Positions 38,684 to 49,404 of a stretch of 64,000 nt of DNA are shown here, piece by piece (the stretch's first letter is position 1; each line of letters opens with the position of its first letter). The position numbers and the translations under genes are program-made. The stretch is from positions 2,314-66,313 of the forward strand of contig DNHS01000051.1 of NCBI GenBank assembly GCA_003485765.1. The letters are read 5' to 3'. The stretch comes from Candidatus Omnitrophota bacterium. GTDB lineage: Bacteria > Omnitrophota > Gorgyraeia > Gorgyraeales > Gorgyraeaceae. Under the pieces are notes generated by a model. The model searched no databases. It was not told the DNA's origin and worked only from the letters and a program-made list of their open reading frames with translations.

Positions 38684-39235
38684 TTACAGAAGCTCCTTTA
38701 TGTCTTTTTCAAATACCTCTTTATCATTATACCCTATATATTTTTTTCTGATATTGCCGTCTTTATCCACAATAAAAGTAGTTGGGATTGCTCTTATGCC
38801 TCCGTATAAATCGCTCACTTCTTCATTGCCAAGCAAAATAGTGTAATTTATCTTGTTTTTTAATACAAATCCAGGCACTACCTTTTCTCCTTGCATATCC
38901 AGCGCAATACCTATTACCTCCAAGCCTTGTTCTTTGTATTGATTATAAAGATCGATAAAATGCGGTATCTCTTCCCTACAGGGCGGACACCAGGTAGCCC
39001 AAAAATCAATAATAATAACTTTGCCTTTAAAATCGGAAAGCTTTTTTTCTATCCCGTTTACATCCTTAAGCGAAAATTTAGGAGCTTGTTTTAAACGCGG
39101 CTTCTTTTGCGCGCTGATTTCCTGCGGGATTTCTTTTATAGGCACTATTTTTGGAACAGTATTAATCTTTACTATTCCAAAAATAATCATAGCTCCGATC
39201 ACTGCCAGAACAATAATAAAAGTCTTATTATTCAT
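38684..39235 (-). CDS. TlpA-like thiol:disulfide oxidoreductase (thioredoxin fold, membrane-anchored).
   Basis: The sequence carries the WATWCPPC active site and an N-terminal TM helix. Confidence 0.85.
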   Translation of the reverse strand: MNNKTFIIVLAVIGAMIIFGIVKINTVPKIVPIKEIPQEISAQKKPRLKQAPKFSLKDVNGIEKKLSDFKGKVIIIDFWATWCPPCREEIPHFIDLYNQYKEQGLEVIGIALDMQGEKVVPGFVLKNKINYTILLGNEEVSDLYGGIRAIPTTFIVDKDGNIRKKYIGYNDKEVFEKDIKELL

Positions 39236-39237
39236 TT

Positions 39238-39957
39238 TTAGCCTTTTGTAAATAGGCTGCTAAGCCTGGAAAACTGCCCGGAAAATAATATTGCGCCCAT
39301 CAATATCAGAAATACACCTGAAACTAAAGGCGCGAAACGCATAAAGTTCTTGAATTTTGCGAAAAGAAACAGAAATTGGTTTATCGCAAGGCTTGCTATA
39401 AAAAACGGCAGGCCTAGACCCATAGAATAGGCTAATAAAAGGGTTGTGGCTTTAGGCAGGCTTTCAAGCGTAGAGGCATATATAAGAATGCTTGATAATA
39501 TTGGCCCCACGCATGGCGTCCATCCAAATGCAAATGCCATGCCCACTAATAAAGACCCTAGATAACCAAAATTCTTTCTCTTTAAACTAATCCCTTTCCC
39601 CTGGCTTAAAAACCTTGTTTTTATTACACCCATTATATTAAGGCCGAATAAAATTATTAATACCCCTCCTATCCTTTCAAGCCATATTCTTTTTATTCCA
39701 AAAAAACTGCCAAAATATGACAGCGTCAGCCCCAGCAATACAAAAATTATTGAAAACCCTAAAATAAAGAATAAAGAGTTTAGCCCAGTAAGCTTTGTTA
39801 TATCAGAGGGCTTTCCGGAGGATTTTATATCCTCAAAAGACCTGCCTGTAATATAAGTAATATAAGACGGGAAAAGCGGCAAGATGCAAGGAGAAAGAAA
39901 TGAAAGAACGCCTGCAGAAAACGCTATAAGAATAGAGACTTCGCTTCCGGAAAACAT
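39238..39957 (-). CDS. ccdA: Cytochrome c-type biogenesis protein CcdA (DsbD transmembrane domain family).
   Basis: The protein is multi-TM and carries the conserved cysteines LSPCILPLFP and GWTPCVGPIL. Confidence 0.85.
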   Translation of the reverse strand: MFSGSEVSILIAFSAGVLSFLSPCILPLFPSYITYITGRSFEDIKSSGKPSDITKLTGLNSLFFILGFSIIFVLLGLTLSYFGSFFGIKRIWLERIGGVLIILFGLNIMGVIKTRFLSQGKGISLKRKNFGYLGSLLVGMAFAFGWTPCVGPILSSILIYASTLESLPKATTLLLAYSMGLGLPFFIASLAINQFLFLFAKFKNFMRFAPLVSGVFLILMGAILFSGQFSRLSSLFTKG

Positions 39958-39972
39958 GACTCCCCCTTCAGT

Positions 39973-40203
39973 TTACCTGGCCGAAGCCCTTACTTTTATA
40001 ATATCAAGCTCCTGACGTATGTCAGTAAGCCGTGCGATTATGTCTTCCTGGTTCTTTAAAACCCTGTCTATTCTCTCTGAAAGCTTTATTGCGTCACTCT
40101 TTGGATCCTGGTTATTTTCTTTGCCAAAGATATTAAGCGTAAATATGCAGAGAGATACAAGAATCGCTCCTAATAGCGATAAAATCCAAATCTTTCTCAT
40201 CAT
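39973..40203 (-). CDS. Small hypothetical protein (76 aa; signal/TM plus coiled coil).
   Basis: Gene-like codon usage, a hydrophobic N-terminus and a position inside the operon support it. Confidence 0.35.
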   Translation of the reverse strand: MMRKIWILSLLGAILVSLCIFTLNIFGKENNQDPKSDAIKLSERIDRVLKNQEDIIARLTDIRQELDIIKVRASAR

Positions 40204-40252
40204 TTATTACCTCTTTTCCAAGTATATATTATAACAAACCCGCCTTGTGCAG

Positions 40253-41962
40253 TCAACCCAAGTTTTTTAATTTCAACTTGCTAAAAATAGCGGTATTTAA
40301 TATGTCATTTTTCTCAAGCCACGCTCTCCTTGCCACTGCCACTCCAAATTTCATCATATTCAAATGTTCTGCAAGATGAGAATCTGTATTTATAACAATC
40401 TTTACGCCGGCTTCCTTTGCCATTCTGGAATTTATGTCATTCAGATCCAGCCTCTCGGGAAAACTATTTATCTCAAACGCCGTATTAGTATCTAAAGCTG
40501 CTTTAAAAACCTCTTTAAAATCCATATCATACGCATCTCTTGAGCCCCACAACCTGCCTGTAGGATGGGCGATTATGTTTACATATTTATTCTGGCATGC
40601 CTTTATAATACGCTTTGTAATAAAAGAGCTTGGCTGTTTAAAGCCTGTATGTATTGCGCCTATTACAATATCCATTCCCCGAAGCAAGCTATCTGGATAA
40701 TCCAGATTCCCATCTGAATCAATGTCAACCTCTGAGCCAAAAAGAATCTTTATGTCCCTATATTTTTTATTTAACTCATCTATCTCTTTTCTTTTAAGTT
40801 CTAGTTCATGCGTATTTAATCCGCCCGCTATCTTCAGACCTTGAGAATGATCGGTAATAGCTATATATTCATAACCCAGCTCCATGGACTTTATCACCAT
40901 CTCTTCCATAGAGTTCCCGCCATCAGACCATGTTGAATGCATGTGAAGGTCGCCTTTTATATCCTCTATCTTTACCAGATCCGGCAATGCGCCTTTAAGG
41001 CTCGCTTCAAATTCTCCTCTATCTTCTCTTAATTCAGGCTCTATATATGAAAGGCCGAGTGCTTTATACATCTCTTCTTCTGTCTTACCTGCTATTCTTC
41101 TTTCGGCCTTAAATATCCCGTATTCATTCAGTTTCAGGCCATGTTTAATCGCAAGCTGGCGAAGCTTTATATTATGCTCTTTGGAGCCTGTAAAATACAT
41201 TAAGCTAGCTCCGTAAGACGACTCGCCCACTACCCTCGCATCTACCTGTATATTGTCTTTTGTGCGGATTGATGATTTTGCAGGGCCTTTTGCAATTACA
41301 TCTTTTACATCCGCTAATGTTGTAAATGCATCCATTATTTTTTGAGGGTTGTTTGAAGAAATAAGAATATCTATATCCCTTACTGTGTCTTTCATCCTTC
41401 TCAGGCTTCCCGCAGGATTTATTCTTTTCACATCTTTTAATTTCTCAAGCTGGGCTACAAAACCTTCAGCCACTTCCGTTGCGATTTTTAAATCAAGCCT
41501 CTCCCTCGTTTTTTTAAAAAGCTCTATGCCGGCCAATATATTCTCTTCTGTCTTCTCTCCCATGCCTTCAAGATCCCTTATCTTTCCTGCATGCGCCATC
41601 CTCTCAAGCATGACTACATCCTGTATATCCAGTTTTTCATACAATAATTTTGCTGTCTTAGGCCCTATGCCGGGCACATTTAAAATCTCAATCAGGCCTT
41701 CGGGTATATCCTTTTTTAATTTCTCCAGATATTCAAGTTTTCCTGTAGATACAATCTCTTTTATCTTCTCCTCCAGATCCTTGCCTATGCCGGATATGTC
41801 TTTCAATTTATCTTCCTTTACAAAGGCCTCTATGTCATCCGGAAGCGACTCTATGTTCTGACTCGCCCTTTCATACGCGCGGATCCTGAAATGATTCTCT
41901 CCCTTAATTTCCAGAATCTCTGCAATATCCCTGAAAATCTTGGCAACGAGTTTATTTTTCAT
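40253..41962 (-). CDS. polX: DNA polymerase X family protein with a C-terminal PHP phosphoesterase domain.
   Basis: The helix-hairpin-helix regions are GIGKDLEEKI and GIGPKTA. The Pol beta-like core is followed by PHP histidines (DLHMHSTWSDG). Confidence 0.9.
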   Translation of the reverse strand: MKNKLVAKIFRDIAEILEIKGENHFRIRAYERASQNIESLPDDIEAFVKEDKLKDISGIGKDLEEKIKEIVSTGKLEYLEKLKKDIPEGLIEILNVPGIGPKTAKLLYEKLDIQDVVMLERMAHAGKIRDLEGMGEKTEENILAGIELFKKTRERLDLKIATEVAEGFVAQLEKLKDVKRINPAGSLRRMKDTVRDIDILISSNNPQKIMDAFTTLADVKDVIAKGPAKSSIRTKDNIQVDARVVGESSYGASLMYFTGSKEHNIKLRQLAIKHGLKLNEYGIFKAERRIAGKTEEEMYKALGLSYIEPELREDRGEFEASLKGALPDLVKIEDIKGDLHMHSTWSDGGNSMEEMVIKSMELGYEYIAITDHSQGLKIAGGLNTHELELKRKEIDELNKKYRDIKILFGSEVDIDSDGNLDYPDSLLRGMDIVIGAIHTGFKQPSSFITKRIIKACQNKYVNIIAHPTGRLWGSRDAYDMDFKEVFKAALDTNTAFEINSFPERLDLNDINSRMAKEAGVKIVINTDSHLAEHLNMMKFGVAVARRAWLEKNDILNTAIFSKLKLKNLG

Positions 41963-42035
41963 AGTAAGATTATTTTACCATAGATTTTTTTATGTAGAAA
42001 GGATATAATGTCTTAAAATTAATAAGGAGAACATT

Positions 42036-43457
42036 ATGCTATTAAAATTCTTACGCAAACGTAAAAATATGAGGCGTATTATGTGGGCGCTGGCAATACT
42101 GATAATTCCTGCTTTTGTCATATGGGGAGCTGGCTCATCTGGTAAAGATAAAGGCAATAAGCCTGACTACGCAGGAAAACTCTTCGGCAAAAAGGTTTCC
42201 TATGAGGACTATCATGATATGTGGAATGTGTCAAGAGACTATGCTGTAAAGTCTTTCGGCAATAACGTGCCTGTGGAATTCATAGACCAGATGGCGTGGA
42301 GCCGCATAATACTAATAGAGGAAGCAAAAAGGCAAAACCTCCGCGCGACTGACCGGGAGGTTGTAGAAAAAATAACCTCTTTCCCTGCATTTCAAAGAAA
42401 CGGTTCTTTTGACAAAAGGCTTTACAAATCAATGCTCCAGGATACAGCCAGGTCCTTTGAAGAAAAATTAAGAGACGACCTCTTGATATCTAAACTAAAA
42501 GATAAAATCACGTCTGACATTAAGGTAAATGACGAAGACGTTAAAAATGAATATAAGAAAAAGTTTGAAAAGATAAAATCCGCTTATGCGCTTATACCTT
42601 TTATCGACTCTGAAAAAGATGCGCAATATGATGATTCTTCCTTGGAAAATTTCTACGAGCAGAATAAGCAGGCTTTCGAAAAGGACGAACAGATCAATAT
42701 AAAATATATAGAAATCCTGCTTTCTAACCCAAACGCTGAAGAGCTAGCTTATAAAGTTTTAGACCAGGTAAACACAAAAAAGAATTTAGAAGAACCTGCC
42801 AGAGTTAATTCGCTGGAAATAAAGGAAACTGGGTTCTTCTCAGCTAATGAAGAAATACCTGATATAGGCTGGTCTTATGATTTCGCTAAGAGAGGCTTTG
42901 AACTGCAGAAAAACGAGATAAACCGCATACTGGTAAAAACAGATAAAGGCTTATACATTATACAACTGAAAGAAAAAAAAGATCCCTATATCCCTGATTA
43001 TACGGAAGCTAAAGACATTGTTAAAAAGGAATTTATAAAAGAAGAATCCATTAAGTTATCCCAGAAAAAATCAGAGGCTATATACTTGGATATAGCCAAT
43101 GGCATTAAAACTAATGAAACGTTTGAAAGCGTTGTAAAAAAATACGGCCTTCAGGTAAAGCAAACTGATTTCATAGCCAGGGATGGCTATATACCTGAAA
43201 TAGGGCCTGCCAAGGAATTTATAGACATTGCTTCCTCTATAAAAATAGGCTCTATCTCAAAGCCTTTAAAAACCCTTCAGGGCTGGGTTATACTAGAGCC
43301 TCTTGAATTTAAGAGTATAGACGAGGTAAAATTCATAGAAGAAAAAGATAAATTCAAAGAAAATCTTCTTGCTAATAGGAAAGAGGAAGAATTTAACAAA
43401 TATTTTCAGGATCTGAAAACAAAGGCTGATTTTGTAAGCTACACCGAAAAGCGGTAA
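42036..43457 (+). CDS. Periplasmic chaperone / peptidyl-prolyl isomerase of the PpiD/SurA type.
   Basis: It has an N-terminal TM anchor, a SurA-N-like chaperone domain and a PpiC-type parvulin region near the C-terminus. Confidence 0.75.
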   Translation: MLLKFLRKRKNMRRIMWALAILIIPAFVIWGAGSSGKDKGNKPDYAGKLFGKKVSYEDYHDMWNVSRDYAVKSFGNNVPVEFIDQMAWSRIILIEEAKRQNLRATDREVVEKITSFPAFQRNGSFDKRLYKSMLQDTARSFEEKLRDDLLISKLKDKITSDIKVNDEDVKNEYKKKFEKIKSAYALIPFIDSEKDAQYDDSSLENFYEQNKQAFEKDEQINIKYIEILLSNPNAEELAYKVLDQVNTKKNLEEPARVNSLEIKETGFFSANEEIPDIGWSYDFAKRGFELQKNEINRILVKTDKGLYIIQLKEKKDPYIPDYTEAKDIVKKEFIKEESIKLSQKKSEAIYLDIANGIKTNETFESVVKKYGLQVKQTDFIARDGYIPEIGPAKEFIDIASSIKIGSISKPLKTLQGWVILEPLEFKSIDEVKFIEEKDKFKENLLANRKEEEFNKYFQDLKTKADFVSYTEKR

Positions 43458-43458
43458 T

Positions 43459-43917
43459 CTATTTAGTGTGATTTAACAGGTCCTTCAGCTCTTTCATGAA
43501 TTGATTAATATCCTTAAACTGGCGGTACACAGAAGCAAATCTCACGTAGGCAACCTCGTCAAGCTTATAGAGAAGCTCCATTAATAATTCGCCCACTTCT
43601 CTGGATGGCGCTTCTTTTTCAAATTTACTCTGGAGAGTGTATTCAATTTTATCTGCCAGCGCTTCAAGCTGTTCTGTGCTTATGGGCCTTTTTTCGCACG
43701 CCTTTGTAAGCCCGTTTAATATCTTTTTCCTGTCAAACGGCTCTCGTCTTCCGTCTTTTTTTATAACTATTAAAGTAGTTTCTTCTATGTTTTCATATGT
43801 CGTAAAGCGCCTCTGGCAATTAAGGCACTCTCTCCGCCTTCTTATCGAACGGCCTTCTTCGCTGGACCTGGAATCAATAACCTTGTCTTCATTATGTCCG
43901 CAGAATGGGCATTTCAT
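43459..43917 (-). CDS. nrdR: Transcriptional repressor NrdR.
   Basis: [42 protein letters not shown] is the zinc ribbon, followed by the ATP-cone. Confidence 0.95.
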   Translation of the reverse strand: MKCPFCGHNEDKVIDSRSSEEGRSIRRRRECLNCQRRFTTYENIEETTLIVIKKDGRREPFDRKKILNGLTKACEKRPISTEQLEALADKIEYTLQSKFEKEAPSREVGELLMELLYKLDEVAYVRFASVYRQFKDINQFMKELKDLLNHTK

Positions 43918-43931
43918 AAATGTCTCCTTGT

Positions 43932-45188
43932 TTAGATTTTGTTCAGTTCAGGATAAAGAGGAAATTTCTTTATTAACTTCTCCACATCTTTTTTGCATTC
44001 ATCTAACTTATCATGGCAATCTCTATATTTAATGGCATTATTAATAATCTGGGCTATCTTCTCCATATCTTTTTCATTCATACCTCTTGTAGTAACCGCG
44101 GGCGTGCCAAGCCTTATGCCGCTTGTAAGTGTAGAGGGATTCTTGTCAAAAGGTATAAGGTTTTTATTTACTGTTATGTGAATCCTGTCCAGAATTTCGC
44201 TCGCAACTCTCCCTGTGATATTTTTTGAAGTGAGATCAACCAGAAATAAATGGTTATCAGTCCCTCCTGAAACTATCCTGTAGCCTGATTTATTTAATGC
44301 GCTCGCAAGAGACCTTGCATTTTTTATAACCTGCGCCTGATATTGCCTGAATTCTTTTGTGTCTGCCTCTTTAAGCGCAATCGCCTTACTGGCTATTATA
44401 TGCATCAAAGGCCCGCCCTGTTCGCCTGGAAAAACTTCTATGTCTATCTTTTTAGCGAACTCCTGTTTACAGAGTATCATACCGCCGCGCGGCCCTCTCA
44501 GTGTCTTGTGAGTTGTAGTGCTAACTACATGAGCGTATTCAACCGGGTTAGGGTGCAGCCCTGCTGCTACAAGGCCTGCTATGTGAGCCATGTCCACGAA
44601 AAGATATGCCCCTACTTTATCCGCTATTCCCCTGAATTTTTTGAAATCTATCACGCGCGAATAAGCAGACGCTCCTGCAAGTATCATCCTCGGTTTATGT
44701 CTTTTTGCCAATGATTCTATCTCGTCATAATCCAGCATCTCTGTATCTTTATTGAGCCCATACGAAACTACATTAAAGAACCTTCCTGAAAAATTATGCT
44801 TAAGCCCATGCGTGAGATGCCCCCCGCAGGCAAGGTCCATTGCCAGGACTGTGTCGCCCGGCTCTAGCAGAGCAAAATACACAGCCATATTTGCCTGGCT
44901 TCCTGAGTGCGGCTGAACATTTACATGTTCTGCTCCGAATATCTTCTTGGCCCTTTCTATAGCAAGGCTTTCAACATCATCCACATGTTCGCATCCGCCA
45001 TACCACCTTTTGGAAAGATACCCTTCTGCGTATTTATTTGTCAATACAGACCCTGCTGCTTCCAGGACAGCGAGGCTGGTAAAATTCTCGCTTGCAATAA
45101 GCTCTATATTATTCTGCTGCCGCTTAAGTTCTTTGCGTATTAAATTATAAATTTCAGGGTCTACTTTTCTTAATGCCTTCATATTCAA
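43932..45188 (-). CDS. glyA: Serine hydroxymethyltransferase.
   Basis: [10 protein letters not shown] is present, and the PLP-lysine region is [15 protein letters not shown]. Confidence 0.95.
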   Translation of the reverse strand: MNMKALRKVDPEIYNLIRKELKRQQNNIELIASENFTSLAVLEAAGSVLTNKYAEGYLSKRWYGGCEHVDDVESLAIERAKKIFGAEHVNVQPHSGSQANMAVYFALLEPGDTVLAMDLACGGHLTHGLKHNFSGRFFNVVSYGLNKDTEMLDYDEIESLAKRHKPRMILAGASAYSRVIDFKKFRGIADKVGAYLFVDMAHIAGLVAAGLHPNPVEYAHVVSTTTHKTLRGPRGGMILCKQEFAKKIDIEVFPGEQGGPLMHIIASKAIALKEADTKEFRQYQAQVIKNARSLASALNKSGYRIVSGGTDNHLFLVDLTSKNITGRVASEILDRIHITVNKNLIPFDKNPSTLTSGIRLGTPAVTTRGMNEKDMEKIAQIINNAIKYRDCHDKLDECKKDVEKLIKKFPLYPELNKI

Positions 45189-45624
45189 AGCCCTCTATTT
45201 TTTTGATCTGACTCACTCTCCTGGCGTGTCTATCGCCAAGATGTTTTGCCATAAGCCACGCCTCTAAAATCTTTTTTGCTTTGCTAGGTGTAACTATATT
45301 TGCCGCAAATACAAGGATATTGCTGTCATTATGCTCTTTGCTTGAACGGGCAATATCCGGCCTGTCGCATAATGCAGCCCTGACGCCTTTTACCTTATTC
45401 GCAACCATTGACATGCCTATCCCGGTTTTACAGATAAGTATTCCTCTGGGGTAAGTTTTGGCTGCAACAAGTTTTGCCACTTCATAACCTATCACAGGGT
45501 AATCGCAAGCTTCCTCTGAAAAAGTCCCCATGTCTTTCACTGCGTGGCCTTTTGCCTTTAGAAATTTTATAAGTGCCTCTTTTAATTTAAATCCGCCATG
45601 GTCTGCCCCGATTACTATCCTCAT
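45154..45624 (-). CDS. rpiB: Ribose-5-phosphate isomerase B.
   Basis: [18 protein letters not shown] and [13 protein letters not shown] match the RpiB/LacAB family. Confidence 0.9.
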   Translation of the reverse strand: MRIVIGADHGGFKLKEALIKFLKAKGHAVKDMGTFSEEACDYPVIGYEVAKLVAAKTYPRGILICKTGIGMSMVANKVKGVRAALCDRPDIARSSKEHNDSNILVFAANIVTPSKAKKILEAWLMAKHLGDRHARRVSQIKKIEGFEYEGIKKSRP

Positions 45625-46674
45625 CTATTTCTTCTCCTCTTTAAATATCTCCAGAAATATATTACTAACCTCTTCTTTTATAACACCAAGGATATTTTTA
45701 TATTCTTCTAAAGACCTTCCTATAGGGTCAGGTATATCCTGGCCTTCTTTAAGAAGCCTTACCCGGTCTTTGATTTCAGGCATCAGATTTATCATAACAT
45801 CTCTATGAAATTTTTCCATCACAAATACAATATCTGATCTTTTCAAAATGTCCTTATTGATATTCTTGCTTATATGCCTTGAAACATCTACGCCTTCTTC
45901 TTTCATAACAGAAATTGTGTTAGGGGCTGCTCCTATACCGGCAAATGTTGAAGTCCCTGCAGAATCAATATGCACCTTTTCAGAAAGGTTTGCTTCATTT
46001 ACAAACTTTTCCATTAACCCTTTTGCCATCACGCTCCTGCAGCTATTTCCAGTACATACAAAAAGTAATACGTAATCTGTTAACGCCTCTTTAGCGGGTA
46101 TGGCTCCCTGCCTCAATATCTTAAAAGGCTTTTCTGTTACATCCATAACAGTTGACTCTATGCCTATCCTTGCCCTTCCGCCATCCAGTATTATATCCAC
46201 ATGGCCGTCCATCTCTAAAAGGACTTCTCCAATTGAAACAGGCGGTTTATTTCCTGACAGATTAGCGCTGGGCGCAACCACGCTCACTCCTGCTTTTTTT
46301 ATCAATGAAACTGCAATCCTATTATCAGGCATGCGAAGGCCTATCTTTTCTTTTTTATCATTGAGCGCTACCAATGTCAACGGCCCTGGCCAGAATCTTT
46401 TAGCAACCCTCTCCGCGTCTTTTGAAAGAACAATCCCTAACTGCTTTAATGAATCAAAATCAGCTATATGGACGCTGAATGGCTTGTCCTTTGGCCTTTT
46501 TTTTATTTCATACAGCCTGTCTATGGTGTCTTTATTAAGAATATTCGCAGCTATGCCATAAACTGTTTCAGTAGGGAATACTACCAGGCCTCCGTTTTTT
46601 AAGACCTCGGCTGCTTCATTAATAAGCCTCTCTTCTGGAAAATTTGGATTCAGCTTTATAACTTTTGTTTTCAT
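45625..46674 (-). CDS. tsaC: Fusion protein: L-threonylcarbamoyladenylate synthase (TsaC/YrdC domain) plus low-molecular-weight protein tyrosine/arginine phosphatase.
   Basis: The N-terminal YrdC fold is GGLVVFPTETVYGIAAN ... FWPGPLTLV. The C-terminal LMW-PTP P-loop is VCTGNSCRSVMA, with DSAGT and the D-loop. Confidence 0.8.
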   Translation of the reverse strand: MKTKVIKLNPNFPEERLINEAAEVLKNGGLVVFPTETVYGIAANILNKDTIDRLYEIKKRPKDKPFSVHIADFDSLKQLGIVLSKDAERVAKRFWPGPLTLVALNDKKEKIGLRMPDNRIAVSLIKKAGVSVVAPSANLSGNKPPVSIGEVLLEMDGHVDIILDGGRARIGIESTVMDVTEKPFKILRQGAIPAKEALTDYVLLFVCTGNSCRSVMAKGLMEKFVNEANLSEKVHIDSAGTSTFAGIGAAPNTISVMKEEGVDVSRHISKNINKDILKRSDIVFVMEKFHRDVMINLMPEIKDRVRLLKEGQDIPDPIGRSLEEYKNILGVIKEEVSNIFLEIFKEEKK

Positions 46675-46676
46675 TA

Positions 46677-47114
46677 TTATTTAAATGCTTTTAATATTCT
46701 TACTGCGAATATAGCAGCGTTTTTAGCGCCTGCTTTACCTATAGCCATACAAGCAACAGGAACGCCTCCGGGCATCTGGACTGTTGATAAAAGTGAGTCT
46801 AAGCCTTGCAATGATTTGGTTTCTATTGGCACGCCTATAACAGGCAAACTAGTATGAGAACTTACAACGCCGGCTAGAGCTGCAGCCATCCCAGCCCCGC
46901 ATATTAGAATCTTTATGCCTCTTTTCTCTGCTATCTTAGTGTATTTACGCACTGCGTCAGGATTCCTGTGCGCTGAAAGCACATTTATCTCATAAGGAAT
47001 TTTATTTTCTTTCAATATCTTTTCTGTCTCAACCATTGTCTCAGCGTCTGAAGCGCTTCCCATCAATATCCCTACCAAAATTTTCTTGTTTTTAACCATG
47101 CCCCCTCCCAACAA
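46677..47114 (-). CDS. purE: N5-carboxyaminoimidazole ribonucleotide mutase. The real ATG is probably at 47099.
   Basis: [16 protein letters not shown]...SAHRNPD matches purE. The ORF-track start is a TTG inside the palindromic element; the GGGAGGGGG RBS precedes the ATG at 47099. Confidence 0.9.
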   Translation of the reverse strand: MLGGGMVKNKKILVGILMGSASDAETMVETEKILKENKIPYEINVLSAHRNPDAVRKYTKIAEKRGIKILICGAGMAAALAGVVSSHTSLPVIGVPIETKSLQGLDSLLSTVQMPGGVPVACMAIGKAGAKNAAIFAVRILKAFK

Positions 47115-47150
47115 CTTTACAAATTAACAATGTTAGTTTGTAAAGTTGTT
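47110..47150. repeat. Copy 3 of the palindromic element (AACAACTTTACAAATTAACAATGTTAGTTTGTAAAGTTGTT).
   Basis: It lies immediately upstream of the purE start. It also encodes the last 10 codons ([12 protein letters not shown]) and the stop of purD. Confidence 0.7.
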
Positions 47151-48418
47151 TGCTTGATTGCTCTATCGCCAATGTCTTTTCTATATTGCATACCTTCGAA
47201 TTTTATATGCTCTATTGCCTTATACGCATTGAGTTTAGCTGATTTAATATCCTTCCCAAGGCTCGTTACCCCAAGCACCCTGCCGCCATTTGTAAGGATC
47301 TTTCCGTTTTCATTCTTTGTGCCTGCGTGGAATACAATTATATCTTTTATTTTTTTTGCCTCTTCCAGCCCGAATATCTCTTTATTTTTTTCATACTCAT
47401 CCGGATATCCTTTTGAAGCGCATACCACGGATATACAGGGAGATTTATCCCATTTAACATCTATTTTATCAAGCGTTCCATCTACGCAGGCCATCATAAT
47501 ATCCGCAAGATCTGATTTTAATCTCGGCAATATCGCCTGCGTCTCAGGATCCCCGAACCTCACATTAAATTCTAAAACCATAGGCCCATTTTTAGTTATC
47601 ATTAAACCTGCGTATAAAACGCCTTTATAAACTTTGCCCTCTTTTTTAAGGCCTTCTACCACAGGCCTGAAAACATTTTTTATAATTTCTTCCAGCATAT
47701 CTTTTGTAACTACAGGCGCAGGCGAATAAGCCCCCATGCCGCCTGTATTAGGGCCCTTATCTTTGTCAAAAATCCTTTTATGGTCCTGGGAGGATTCTAA
47801 AGGCACGATGGTTTTCCCATCTGTAAAAACCAGCATAGAAGCCTCTTCGCCTTCCAGGCAATCTTCCAGAATGATTCTATTTCCGCTATCTCCAAAAATC
47901 CTTTCTACCATTATAGAATCTATTACCTTTAATCCTTCTTCTATTGTCTTTGGTATTATCACGCCTTTACCGGCTGCCAGGCCGTCTGCTTTTATTACAA
48001 TGGGTATACCTTTTTCATTCAAATATTTTTTTGCGCCGTTAGAATTATCGAAAACCTTAAATCCCGCCGTAGCTAGGCCGAACTTTTTCATTACATTTTT
48101 AGAAAAAACTTTACTGCCTTCTAACATTGCAACGTCTTTAAAAGGCCCGAATGCCTTTAATCCGTTTTCATTGAAGATATCCACTATGCCTTTTACTAAA
48201 GGCGCTTCCGGGCCTACCACAGTCAAATCTATCTTATTATTTTTTGCGAAATCTAAAAGCTTGGGAACATCATCTGGTTTTACATCAACTAATTCCGCAA
48301 TCTCTTTTATACCGCTATTTCCAGGAGCGCAGAATATCTTTTTCACTTTTTTACTCTGGGATAATTTCCACACTATAGCATGTTCCCTTCCCCCAGAGCC
48401 GATAACCAAGATTTTCAT
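47117..48418 (-). CDS. purD: Phosphoribosylamine-glycine ligase.
   Basis: [19 protein letters not shown] is the purD N-terminus. The ATP-grasp motifs are present. Confidence 0.95.
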   Translation of the reverse strand: MKILVIGSGGREHAIVWKLSQSKKVKKIFCAPGNSGIKEIAELVDVKPDDVPKLLDFAKNNKIDLTVVGPEAPLVKGIVDIFNENGLKAFGPFKDVAMLEGSKVFSKNVMKKFGLATAGFKVFDNSNGAKKYLNEKGIPIVIKADGLAAGKGVIIPKTIEEGLKVIDSIMVERIFGDSGNRIILEDCLEGEEASMLVFTDGKTIVPLESSQDHKRIFDKDKGPNTGGMGAYSPAPVVTKDMLEEIIKNVFRPVVEGLKKEGKVYKGVLYAGLMITKNGPMVLEFNVRFGDPETQAILPRLKSDLADIMMACVDGTLDKIDVKWDKSPCISVVCASKGYPDEYEKNKEIFGLEEAKKIKDIIVFHAGTKNENGKILTNGGRVLGVTSLGKDIKSAKLNAYKAIEHIKFEGMQYRKDIGDRAIKQTTLQTNIVNL

Positions 48419-49404
48419 ATTATAACTTCTCCATTGCCTTTGATAATCTCGCCGATAGTCCAGGATTTTAATCTAAATTTTTTTATTACCTCATGCACTT
48501 TTTTAACGTCAGATTTGCTGACAACTATCACCATGCCTATCCCCATATTGAATGTCCTGTACATCTCTTCGTAGCTGATCCCAGCCCTTTTTTGAATGAC
48601 TCTGAATATCTGAGGGACTTGCCATAGTTCTTTATATATCAGAACGGATTTGTCGCTCGGCACAACCCTTGGAATATTATCATAGAAGCCTCCGCCTGTA
48701 ATATGCGCAATGGATTTTATTTTGACCTTCTCCATTAATTTTAAAATCGTCTTTACATAAATTATTGTCGGGGTCAAAAGGATCCTGCCGAATTTTCCTT
48801 TTAATTCGCTTTTAGAAAATAATTTTCTTATTAAACTAAAACCGTTTGAATGGGGCCCGCTTGAGCCTATGCCTATCACTATATCGCCTGCATTTACAGA
48901 CGACCCATCTATTATTTTGGTTTTTTCAACTATACCCACTGAAAATCCCGCCAGATCATATTCTTCGCCATTATACATGCTGGGCATCTCTGCGGTTTCT
49001 CCTCCCACAAGAGCGCACCCAGCCTGCCTGCACCCTTTCACTATACCTTTCATTATATCCACAGCCTTTTTACTATTCAATTTTCCTGTTGCAAAATAAT
49101 CCAGGAATAGAAGCGGCTCTGCGCCTGTAACCACTATATCGTTCACAGACATTGCCACAAGATCTATGCCTATTGTGTCGTGCTTATTCAGGCTATCGGC
49201 AATTTTTAATTTTGTGCCTACCCCGTCAGTGGAAGATACAAGGATAGGCTCTTTATATTTTTTTGGGATACTCGTAAGAGCGCTGAATCCTCCTATGCCG
49301 CATATAACCTCTTTGCGTCTTGTAGTTTTGGCCATGCGGCCAATATTCTTTACAAAATCATTTGCCCTATCTATATTTACTCCTGAGCGTTTATAATCAA
49401 TCAT
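48415..49404 (-). CDS. purM: Phosphoribosylformylglycinamidine cyclo-ligase (AIR synthetase).
   Basis: YKRSGVNIDRANDFV...GIGGFSAL...SSTDGVGTKLKIA matches purM. Confidence 0.95.
   Translation of the reverse strand: MIDYKRSGVNIDRANDFVKNIGRMAKTTRRKEVICGIGGFSALTSIPKKYKEPILVSSTDGVGTKLKIADSLNKHDTIGIDLVAMSVNDIVVTGAEPLLFLDYFATGKLNSKKAVDIMKGIVKGCRQAGCALVGGETAEMPSMYNGEEYDLAGFSVGIVEKTKIIDGSSVNAGDIVIGIGSSGPHSNGFSLIRKLFSKSELKGKFGRILLTPTIIYVKTILKLMEKVKIKSIAHITGGGFYDNIPRVVPSDKSVLIYKELWQVPQIFRVIQKRAGISYEEMYRTFNMGIGMVIVVSKSDVKKVHEVIKKFRLKSWTIGEIIKGNGEVII

Noticed and set aside
43993-45150. Several plus-strand ORFs (43993-44228, 44343-44714, 44907-45150) lie inside glyA.
   Set aside because: They are antisense to a highly conserved SHMT gene and their products are Cys/His/Tyr-rich nonsense.
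47099-47114. The TTG-initiated N-terminal extensions in the ORF-track models of purE (MLGGG...) and purSL (MLR...) could be real leader peptides.
   Set aside because: Each is just read-through into the palindromic element. Proper ATG starts with a Shine-Dalgarno sequence lie a few codons downstream.
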